Shown here piece after piece: positions 28,201 through 40,300 of a stretch of DNA of 64,000 nucleotides (position 1 is its first letter; each line of letters opens with the position of its first letter). Location of the stretch: the NCBI GenBank assembly GCA_051362555.1, contig CM120641.1, positions 8,618,001-8,682,000 of the forward strand, given 5' to 3'. The position numbers and the translations under genes are program-made. The notes beneath the pieces are model-generated. The model made no database searches. It was given only the letters and a program-made list of their open reading frames with translations, and had not been told where the DNA came from. The DNA is from Lingula anatina. Taxonomy: Eukaryota > Animalia > Brachiopoda.

Positions 28201-31200
28201 ACATTTTACTTACATTGGTATTACCTGTTGAGCATAATTAGAATTTGATGTTGAATTTGCAGTTTAACATAATGTACTTTTGCATCAGAATTGACAGTAG
28301 CATATTTTGTTATTTCCTGCTTTTTGTCTGTACATTTGACAGCTTTGCTGCCTTGTATTTTATTTGATTTTATTAATTTTTTTTTGCGGGTGGGTGGGTG
28401 GGGGCATAATTCAAGCCACAGTCCCTACTGGATGTCTGATTTTTAAGTGACAGCTTCATATGAAGTTTTGTATCAATTATCAATATTGCTTTGAAAACAC
28501 TTATCATGCAATATGTGTGAAATAAGTTATATTAGGAAAGCCACTTTATTTGATGTAAATACTACTTGGATGTGGCATGTGGATTTCTAAAAACTGAGAG
28601 CAGCTTGAAATGTATTTATATTAATGGAATGATGAATCATTTTTAGGGGCTGTAAGAAAGATAAGGCCCTGTATACTGCCTTTCAGTTAGACAAACTTGT
28701 TCCCGTTGATGGGCTGTTAGCACCTGTGGTAAGTTACAATAGTGCAGTTGTGTTCATTTACTGTACAGACACGGGGAAAATTACCTGACCACCTGAAATG
28801 CCAGTGGAAGATTTTTGATATCCTGCATCCTCTGGATTGGCAAGGTTTTTGGGAAAATACTTAACATAAAAATAAATTTACATGCAAACATAGCCTAACA
28901 GAAATAAAACACATAGGACTGAGAGAACCTACAGATTTCTCGCAGTGAGGATCCTCTGGACCTTCAGTATCTCCAAAGTTTTCCCCATGTCTATTTATTT
29001 ATACAAAAATTTAAATACAAAGTGCTCTGTAGTATAAAAATTAATCTTGAAGGTTTTTTGATTTTTTAAAGACATTTAAAATTGTAGTTTAACAGTGCAA
29101 ATAGACTGTCCAGCATGTTAAATGGTAAGTTTCTGAAAATGTTTAAGATGGAATTTAAGTTTGGATGAAAATTTGAAGCATCTGTTTTCAGACGGCCCAA
29201 ATTGATGATCAGATGGAGAAGCTTAAGAGCATTGATCTTTCCTCTGCCATTGATCAGAATATTACAATTATCGATAGTGATCTTCAGCAACAAATGAGAC
29301 AATTTGCCAATGCAGGAATAGCAAACATCTCTTTTCCTGAGTTTTTCAATCAGGTATGTGACATGGTTTTTCTCTTGTAATTTTTTTTCAGATAAAGTTT
29401 TTTTCCTTCAAAATTATGAGTGATGTGAACCACAAGATTTTTACAATTTTCCTTGATAAAATTTCTCTTTCTTTCATACAAATATGCTGTATAGAACACA
29501 AATTTCCCTATATTTTATAATCAGTTGAAGAACAGAACAGATTGACTGGCAATAAAATGATAATAATTTGTCATAAATAAGATGTTATAAATGTTTAGTT
29601 TAACTGGCTATGTAAATATTTTCTCTTGGTTGTTATCTTATAGATGTTTTACTTGGTAAGGAAATAGCATGTATTTCAAGAATGCAAAGTGAATGAGCTG
29701 TATGGTTAATTGAAAATAGTATCAGTAACAAATGGCTGACAGTTTATCCACAGTTACTTATTTTGTGTGATATTTCTCAAGTTAGAAGGCATGCTATGGT
29801 GAAATTTGGTGCTAAATTTATTTATATATGTTTGTACCTTTTCTGCCCAGTGTTAGGTATAGATAGCAAGTTGTAGTAATTTACAAAGCACCATGCTGCA
29901 AAGTAGTGTAAAGTTGTATCTCTATCTGCTCGTCATTCATTTTCATATCACACCCATTGTGTACATGCACATATGTAAACAAGAGCACACTCACTCACAA
30001 ACTTGCATACATGTTGTGCATGCACCATACACATTTCTGTATGAAACCACAAAGGTTGTTAGTCACTATGACCTTATCTTATATATACAAAATATCCTGT
30101 ATAAGCTGTCCAAATATTATTCTTTATTATGCAAGTTCTGTGTCACATTCATGTTAACAATGCTTTTCTAGTGTTTAAAAAGAATTAACCTGTAGATTAG
30201 CGTGGTTTAGATCTGTAATATTTATTGTTGAACCATACCCCATGCCTCAGATTTGCATTTGTCCAGATGGTCAGGATATTTCCACTGTATAGTGTGTGTG
30301 TGCGTGCGTGCGTGTGTGTGTGTGTGTGTGTGTGCGTTATAAACAGCATAGATTTGGATGCCTGAAAAGATTACTCATGATGATATGTATGCAAATAATC
30401 TGTTTAGCAACTATATACACATTTTAACATCCATTTATGATACTGGATGGTAAATTTAAGTTGTCTAAATGGTTTGGTTTCACGTCTGGTCAACAATGTC
30501 ACTTGTTTTCATTAGTAGGCTTTTGTTTCCAATTTCACTTTATTTGGAGCAAGGGTTGTTATTATACAAGCATTTAATATATTAAAATCTATTTGCTGTA
30601 AATAGATTGATCAGTTAGTTCTGTAATGATAAATTGTCTGACAGTATTTTTATTTGTATTTTTGAATGAATAGACAGATGAAGCCTTAACAGCCATAGAC
30701 CTTGATGCCTTTGCAAACAATCTTACAGACCTGGCAGGTGCTCTTGCACAGAATCCGGTAATCTTAACTGCTCATAGTTTGACGTACATATTTCTCCTTT
30801 ATAAGCATGTTGATAGATTTTAATAACAATCACAAGTAAACAATTTTCATTTTAAATCCATTGAACATTGGTGGTGGTTTGTAACTAATGCAGAATATGC
30901 TTGACTGTTTACAGTATTATTTGAATGAGACTGCAGAGAAACTGGAGGGCCATGCTGCTACACTACGGAGTATATCGGCTAATACTGTTAATAATATGAG
31001 TTCCACAGTGGTGGGTAAAAATTGGCCTAGAATGATACCATGCATAAACTGATATTTATACTTATTATAAATCTTAGAAGATGCTGACAAGTAATATAAC
31101 ATGTGGATTTGTAACTTTATGGTAAATGAAAATGTACTTGTACTCCAGTACACAATTCAATATCAGTCTTACGGCATGGTAGAAGTTTATTGAGTAGTTT

Positions 31201-31249
31201 TACTGTTCTTTTAATCTTTTTCTTAATGCATATCTGAATACACGAAAAT

Positions 31250-31326
<77 letters not shown>

Positions 31327-34300
31327 TAAGTATATTTTAACATACCTAAAAAGCTTAAGATTATGACAACATTAAATTAACTTTTTTTCACAGAGAAACT
31401 TAAAACATTCATTGAATGTACTAAATGACAGTACCAACCTACAGGTAGGTTTGAATAGCATTTCTTCCAATTTATTTTTTTAGGTTTTGAACTTTTGTGA
31501 CATAATTGTGTGTATACAATGAGCAAGATTTAACTGAACTTCTTTGGTGTTGGAAGGGCATTATAACAAGATACTTTAACACTTGTATATATTTGTATGC
31601 TTAAATGTTTGAAAGATAATTTGTAGGATAAAAACAGAATTATCTTTTTACTTTAGTGAAGGTGAATCCAAACAAAAATCACATACATAAACCTATAAAT
31701 TGCATTAGTGTACATGGTTTTGAATGGATGCAAGTTGATGTTTATATCAAGTACATGATCAGAAATACATTTTAATGGAGTGTTTCTTGCCAGTCATGTC
31801 TTTTATTACTTTAAAAAAAGTCTAACAAGGTGTTTTGATTTCAACATATTCAATTTCTAGGATCAAGTGAATGGCCTATTAAACCTTTCCCGTAATGCAG
31901 AAAGTGCAATACAGACTAAAGGAAAAGAAATCATCAAGAAGGTATATTGCTTTGAATTATACTGGTGATTTTTTAATCAATTGTAGATATGATCAACATC
32001 TGTTCTTTTTTATGCATTTGATATACATTAGAATTCTACCTATTTAAAGGCTAAATGGTAAATTTCCATGAGAATTTCTGCAGTTTTCCTTCAAACGTTT
32101 TCTCCAAACTGAGAAATTTATGATTTATAAACCACTTTTTGAGCTCTTAATTCATATTTTTTTTACATAAAAGTGACCTTTTAGTCCAGGAATTTGGTGA
32201 AAAATTGTGCATTTTTTACCTACAAGCATGAAATTTGGCACACTTATGGACAATGAAATTCTAAGCAAATTTGGATATATGGGCATGTCTGAAAATTCCA
32301 AAATGGCCGTCAAATCCAAGATGGCCGCCAAAATACCTTTTCAAATTAAAACTTCAAGTACATAGTCTTCTAATAACTTAAAATATCATATAAAGGTTAG
32401 AAAACCCCATGGTATAAATCCTTCAGGTGTATAGAATCAAAAATGGCCGCCAAAAGTAAAAAAGCAGACCATTTATTCAAGATATCCATTAGAATGGTGA
32501 ATTAATCATGCACTTAAAACTACAAGCAAAAAGTTTGACACGTTTGTGGAAAATGAAATTCTGATCAAGTTTGGATGTATGGGCATGTCCGAAAATTTAA
32601 AAATGGCCGCCAAATCCAAGATGGCCTCCAAAAATACAGCTTCTAATTAAATCTTCAAGTATATAGTCTTTAAAGGGCTTAAATATCATATAAAGGTTGA
32701 AAAACACCACAGTATGAATTCAGCATCCATATCTGCTTCTTTAGGTGCATTAAACCCAAAATGACCGCCAATAGTAAAAAGCACTCTACTAGTCCAAGAT
32801 ATCCAGCATAGTGGTGAATTCATCAAAAACGACAAGCATGGCATTTGGCACAGTTGTAAAAATGGATTCCAAGCACTTTTGGATATATGGGCATGTCTAA
32901 AAATTCCAATATATGGCCCCCAAATCCAATATGGCCGCCACACATACCCGTTCAAATTAAAACTTCAAGTATATAATCCTGTAATAGCTTAAGATAACAT
33001 TTTATGGTTAAACAAAACTATGGTATGCATGAAGTATCAATATATGCTTCTTTAGGTGTATAGAAATCCAAAATGGCCTCCAAATATTAGAAAACAGACC
33101 ACTCACAGCAGCAGTATGGTGAATTCATCATGCATTTAAAACTACCAGCATGAAAATTGGCACAATTGTAGAGAACAGGACTCTAAGCAATTTTTTTATA
33201 TAGGGACATGTCTGAAAATTCTAATATGGTCACTAAAACCCTTTGAAAGTAAAAATTCTAATTCATAATCTGACTTATAACAATCTTTAATCTTTTTTCG
33301 TTTGAAAACAGAGCTCAGATTAGATGAATTATCAAAAACCGCTCCTTTAGTTACATTAAGATCCAAATGACCATAAAAAGTGGAACAGGACTCCTTTTGG
33401 TCCAGTTGTGACACCACATGCAGCAATTATGTAAATGCCAAGGATATGAAAATGTCAAGGTATTTTCACAAATAAGTTTTCAAGTAGGTGTTGCACATTT
33501 TATGGGCGATTAACCTATTACTTTAGTAAATGGACAATATCTCAACAGAGGATAACAGCTAGCTACACCGACATTTCTACTTATTTGGTTAAATAATAGC
33601 TTTAGTTGTGTTTCCCTCAGCTTTCCCAGAATTTGCCTAGAGCTATAGCTTCTACATGTAATCCACTTTCCCCAACAAAATACCAAGAGGCATTGGTCAT
33701 TTTTAACACCAGAAAGCATCAGTTTACATGCATGAGGGGCAATAGGAATATGAAAGTGTGGTAGGGCATATAAGTACATGTAGGGTACTAGTGTGAGCCC
33801 GTATAGGACCCGTCTTCCAGTGCTTCTGACTCCCCTCACCACAGTTAGCAATTGCACACATAACTACAAACAAATGTGGTAGGAGCTACCTGCGAAAGGT
33901 AAGTTTTGTTATCTGGGTAAGTGAATACTCCCCATGGCTTCATTCTGGATTGTCCCACACAGTCAATGATGCCGGAAATCTCGATGAATTTTTACCTTTC
34001 CAAGTCCATATTGCACTAATTTTTTGGTATAATTCTCAGAATACACCCTGAATTTTTGAAGCTTTATGTATTAACTTTCTGAAGCATTTTAATTCTTTTA
34101 TTATCATGTTCCGTTATTTGAAAGTATAAGTTTGTAACTAAACAAGTTGCCAAATGATCAAATGAAAACCAAAGTTTGGCGTCTACCAGTACTTCTTTTT
34201 AGTGCACGAAGTTTGAAGCCTGCAATGCAACTCTTGGGTACAGCACGTATCAACACCTGCCCTCTGTTTGGGGTATTTCTTTGCTCATAAATTTTCACTA

Positions 34301-37300
34301 AATTCTCGGTAGCCATTACTGCAAATGTACTAAATCCATTTCTTAAAATTGGAAGCTTTTCTAATTTACTTTTGAAGCACAAGATAACATCATAAGATTA
34401 CCGAGTGCAAATGTGCCCCTGCTTTTAGTACTTTACCAATGCACTACACCAAATTGTTGAGACCTGTATGTTTGATTAGCTGTCATTTTGTTATATTTGT
34501 GAGCATTTGATGAAGCGCCATGCACTGAGCTAGCTGAAGAATCATAACCAACAGACAAAATTGGTACACCCCAAGCTTTTATTAAATTTGCCTCTTTGAG
34601 GCTAAGTTATTTTTGTGTTTCTTTCACATTTTATGGATTTTGCACGATACCTTTTTTTCTTAGAAAGGGGGAGTTGCCCATGAGTGCCATATAAGTAGAT
34701 CACTAACTTGGAATTGATCTAAATGAGAATCCAGAGCAAAAAGCCAAACTACTTATTTTGGTTTAGCAAAAGAAGGACTGTTTTCAGTACATAATTAATG
34801 TATCATGCTTGATGCTTTTTTACAAACTCTGTAGAATAGCTCCTGCACAAGAAGGAATATGCTGATTATACAGGTAGTTGCAAAGCCCACGTGCCTTTTC
34901 ACGAGTGATTACAATTCAATACTTGTGGCCCACTGACTTTTGGAGGCCATTTTGGAATTTTAAAACCTAAAATGGCAGATACTGATGCTACATTCATACT
35001 ATGGTATTTTATAACCATTAGATGATATTTTCATCAAAGACTATACAAATAACTTTCACCTTGAAAGGGTATTTTGGGGGCCATATTGAAATTGACTGCC
35101 ATATTGGAATTTTTATACATGCCCCCATATCCAGTGTTGCTTAGAATCATGTTCTCCACAACTGTGCCAATTTTTATGCTTGTAATTGTAAGTGCTTGAT
35201 GATTTCACAAAACTACTGCATATTTTGAGTAAGTAGACTGCTTATTTTACTTTTGGAGGCCATTTTGGAATTCTATACACCTGTAGAAGCGGATATTGAT
35301 AATTCATTCATAGCATGATATTTTTCAGCTATAAAATGATATTTCAAACCATTATAGGACTATATATTAGAAGTTTTCATTGAAAAGAGTATTTGTGGCG
35401 GCCATATTGGATTTGGCGGCCATATTGAAATTTCCAGACATGCCCATATATCCAAAATTGCTTAGAATTTCATTCTCTACCACTGTGCCAAATTTCATGC
35501 TTGTAGGTAAAAAATGCACAATTCACCCTTTTTTCTGCACCAATTTCTTGGACTATTTGAGTCCCCATCTCCAAAATGAAAGTAGCTCAAAAATAAGTAA
35601 CTTAACACAAAACCAGTTTATAGATCTATTTTTTTTTCAATTTTTGACAGTGGTTAATTTCATTAATAAAGGTCACTCATTTGATGACTTAAAAGAAAAT
35701 ATCTGTTGAGAATGCATAAGTTAATTTCAAGCAGTTGAAAATGGTATTGTTCTTTACATGTCAATTTCTATAGTATTCACTTAAATAAAGCCAATGCAGT
35801 TTAATAAAACATCCTGTTTCCTTTTTATATGTAGACTATAAATGAAACTGCAGATGAAGTCAAAGAAGTGTTGAATGAAGCCATCAATACTGCAGTTAAG
35901 GGAGTAAGTATCTATCTCTCCATCCTTCCATCCGTCCATTCATCCATCCAATCATTTAAGACTTTAAACATGTATAATTGTACCACCAGCGTTAGCGCTG
36001 GCGGTACACATGGTTTCGGTCCCGTCCGGATCGTTCCGCCAGCTCCGCCAGCTCCCCCGGACGGCTACCGTTACCGCTTCTCCTCCTAGACGGTAAGGGC
36101 CCCCGTACCCATCTCTTGGATTTAGGTCACCTATAACCTCAGCTCGTTCCACGTAAAATTTGGGCTTTGCCGGTATTGGGGTCTGGGTGTGGCACTCATT
36201 GCAATGCACCCTTGTCCAAAAATGGCAAAATTAAATGCTAATTATCTACCCTACGGAAGGGGTTATGGGAAAAATTTCTACAGACGGCTTTCGAAAAGTC
36301 ATATGTGTAGATTTCAAATATGACCTTGGATTTGACCTTTGACCTTTACTTCAATGTCAAACGGGCCAAAATTTTCAAAAAAATAAAATTTTTTATGAAA
36401 AAAATTTTTTTTGCCCTGTTATTCAGACACCACACAGACTTAACCAATAATATTATTGGAAAGTGTTACCCTTCAGGTCATCTTTCATCTCCGTGAATTT
36501 GGGGTCAATCGGTGCATTTTCACTGGAGTAGCGGCCATAAGATGCCGAAACTGAAAACTGTCTCTAATTCGGGAACCGTTAATGCTAGAGACCCATTTTT
36601 TGCATTTTGTAGAGCATGTAAAGCCCAACACTGGAAGTGGTCTCCGTTTTTTGGTATTCAAAACGGTTTTCGAGTTACGCTATCAAAAAGTACATATTGG
36701 TGGTGAAAGCAAAATGTGCTGTACGGTATAGTCAGGTGGCTAAGTCCAAATTTTATCCAGAATTGTGCAATAGATGATAAAAGCATGAAACTTTCCACGA
36801 TGAATGACCATTGGGTGTTCGTCTATTTTGGATCAGGGGGTTGACAAACACCACCGTGGAAAGTTTCATGCTTTTATCATCTATTGCACAATTCTGGATA
36901 AAATTTGGACTTAGCCGCCTGACTACTTTTCACCATGAACTAAACTTTGCATATTTTGCTTCCCTTTTTTCTCCAAAACTGGCAGAGATAGGTCCATAGT
37001 TACTATTGAACTTGAATAGGAAGTCATATACTGGCAATCTAAATGTGACCTTGAAATTGACCTTTGACCTACTTTTCACCATGAACTGACCTTTGCAAAT
37101 TTTGCTTCCCTTTTATCTCCCAAACTGGCAGAGATAGGTCCATAGTTACTATTGAACTTGAATGGGAAGTCATATACTGGCAATCTAAATGTGACCTTGA
37201 AATTGACCTTTGACCTACTTTTTACCATGAACTGAACTGAACTTTGCAAATTTTGTTTCCCTTTTATCTCCAAAACTGGCAGAGATAGGTCCATAGTTAC

Positions 37301-40300
37301 TATTGAACTTGAATAGGAAGTCATATACTGGCAATCCAAATGTGACCTTGAAATTGACCTTTGACCTACTTTTCACCATGTACTGACCTTTGCAAATTTT
37401 GCTTCCCTTTTATCTCCCAAACTGGCAGAGATAGGTCCATAGTTACTATTGAACTTGAATGGGAAGTCATATACTGGCAATCTAAATGTGACCTTGAAAT
37501 TGACCTTTGACCTACTTTTTACCATGAACTGACCTTTGCAAATTTTGCTTCCCTTATATCTCCCAAACTGGCAGAGATAGGTCTATAGTTACTATTGAAC
37601 TTGAATAGGAAGTCATACACTGGCAATCTAAATGTGACCTTGAAATTGACCTTTGACCTTCTTTTCACCATGAACTGAACTTTGCAAATTTTGCTTCCCT
37701 TTCATATTCAAAACTGGCAGAGATAGGTCCATAGTTACTATTGAAGTTGAATAGGAAGTCATATACTGGCAATCTAAATGTGACCTTGAAATTGACCTTT
37801 GACCTACTTTTCACCATGAACTGAACTTTGCAAATTTTGCTTCCCTTTTATCTCCCAAACTGGCAGAGATAGGTCCAAAGTTACTATTGAAGTTGAATAG
37901 GAAGTCATATACTGGCAATCTTAATGTGACCTTGAAATAGACCTTTGACCTACTTTTCACCATGAACTGAACTTTGCAAATTTTGTTTCCCTTTCATATC
38001 CAAAACTGGCAGAGATAGGTCCATAGTTACTATTGAACTAGAATAGGAAGTCATACACTGGCAATCTAAATGTGACCTTGAAATTGAACTTTGACCTACT
38101 TTTCACCATGAACTGAACTTTGCAAATTTTGCTTCCCTTTTATCTCCCAAACTGGCAGAGATAGGTCCAAAGTTACTTTTGAAGTTGAATAGGAAGTCAT
38201 ATACTGGCAATCTTACTGTGAAATTGACCTTTCACCTACCTTTTGATGCAGTGTTCATTCTAGGAATGTTTCAATGTGGGACAAAGGGCCCCCAACATTA
38301 AAAAAAGTGGGTCATTACATTTTAAAGTGGGCCCTTGTTCAAATCTTGAAATTATAATATGTAACGCATGTTGTTTTACTGCTGTAGTATTTATGTTCAG
38401 AGATGAAAAAAATTTATTATAAAAATATGTTGACTTATAGTTGATCAAATTCAATAAGTAATCCCAATTTTCTAAAACAAAACCCTTGAGTTGACGCTCC
38501 AATTTTTGTTAACAAGTATAAGATAACTACAATATAAAACTAAAATATGTTCACGATTTATTCACCAATAACCAAGTTCTTACTATAACAACATTTTAAA
38601 CCCATTTTTGGCTTCAATTTATGAAAAATCCATTTAATTTTACCTCTTCTGTCCTCTGTCCCATTATCAATGACCCTTGACTAACTGGCATGCATTCATG
38701 ACTTATGAAATTAATTGTCTCATCCCTGATAATGATATATAATTCGTTGATAAAAAGCTACCAGATTGAGAATGATATCACACATACTTCGACAGCAGAG
38801 ACATAGGTCTTACTAAAAATCACTGAGAATTGTTCCTTTTTTTGATGTTGTTAAAGGACAATGTTCATGTAAAAATCCATTTCTCGAATTTTGAAGATAC
38901 AGCACTCAATCTATACACTAGAGGTATGTTTTAATCGATCCCCGCCATTTAAAAATTATAAAAACAATCTATTAGTAGAAAAAAAGCGTTTTAGTAAACC
39001 TCACCTCAATATGCAAAAATGAAGCAACAGATCTGGGTCACGTGGTACTGTGACGACAATCACGATAAAGGTCTATGAGACTCAACTGAGCTGCATGGTG
39101 ACGGGGAAGTTAAGGAAAGTTGTGTTGAACAGAGTTGAGGAATTTTCGTTATGCCTCGGTGTGTTGCCGTGGGATTCACCAAAATTGCAGCTCTCGTTGA
39201 CAATCTTTCTTTGTCTGTGACGGTCTTCCGTGACTTACTTACTAACTTCGGTGACAATAGTTGCGATGCTCTAGATCATGGTCACCTCAGGTGGTTTAGA
39301 TCATATCAAGAGCTGGTAGTCTTTCAGATTAACTGTCATCAGTTGGCAAACTTACTGATTGCTGATGCCTTTTAAATGCATTGTAGTTGACCAAAAGCTC
39401 GTTTACAACAAACCTGTTAATTATGCACCGCTGCAATTCCCAAGCCAGGTAATAACAGGTATGAAACTCGTCTTGGTGGGCTTTCATATTTTTCAATATA
39501 TCTCATTTATTTCATGGGGTTATTTTATTGGTATTTGTAAATGACGTTAAATATCAATACTTAAACAATTAAGTTCAAACACGGTCGCGAACATTAATAA
39601 AAGAAATTGCTCTCAGGGTATCTTGAAGCTTCCGTGGAAGAAAACGTGTTGAGGAAAAACAGGAAAAAGAGCGTTATATTAAAGAAAAAATGGGAACTGC
39701 TATAATAAAATGGTTCGTTATCCTAATTCGTTTATGCTTTGAAGATTTGTTTCTGAAGATTATTTCATCTGAAATATTAAATAATTTAAAAGATTGATTA
39801 TTTTATAACTTGAAACGCAATTTCTGCGTCAGTGCGCAATTTTTTTTGCAAATTTGTAAGCTTATAACACCGTGCCATAAAGATCTACTCAAGAAAAAAA
39901 TTTGCTTGGGTAAAATTGAGTACGGAATGAACTGGAGACACTTGGCTTGTCATTAAGTTTACACGAAAATATGTCAGGTAATTTTATACTGTCTTTGAAA
40001 GAGTAAAGATTGAAAGATAATTTTAGACAAACTTTGACGGGGGAAATACCTACAAAGAGTAATGGGCTATTTCGCCAACATCTTGTTGAAAATTTTACAC
40101 TGCAACTCTATTCAAATAAGCTAAGGAACTAATTGCCAAATTAATACTCTCATCACATAACAGGGGGGTAACCAGACCCGCAAAAATTGTACGCATGTAT
40201 TTAAAAAGATTACAAGCACATACAGCAAAATGTAGACTTACGCAAAACATGAAGGACAGCGTAATCACAGCAAATGTACCTCATATAGTAGCTTAATTTC

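Noticed and set aside
36926-38241. CRISPR-like array
   Set aside because: Monomers are identical along their whole length with no unique spacers, the context is eukaryotic, and there are no cas genes.
39290-39420. hAT dimerisation-like CKRAF motif on the minus strand
   Set aside because: Too short, needs several frameshifts, and lies inside the segment better explained as a separate nested insertion.
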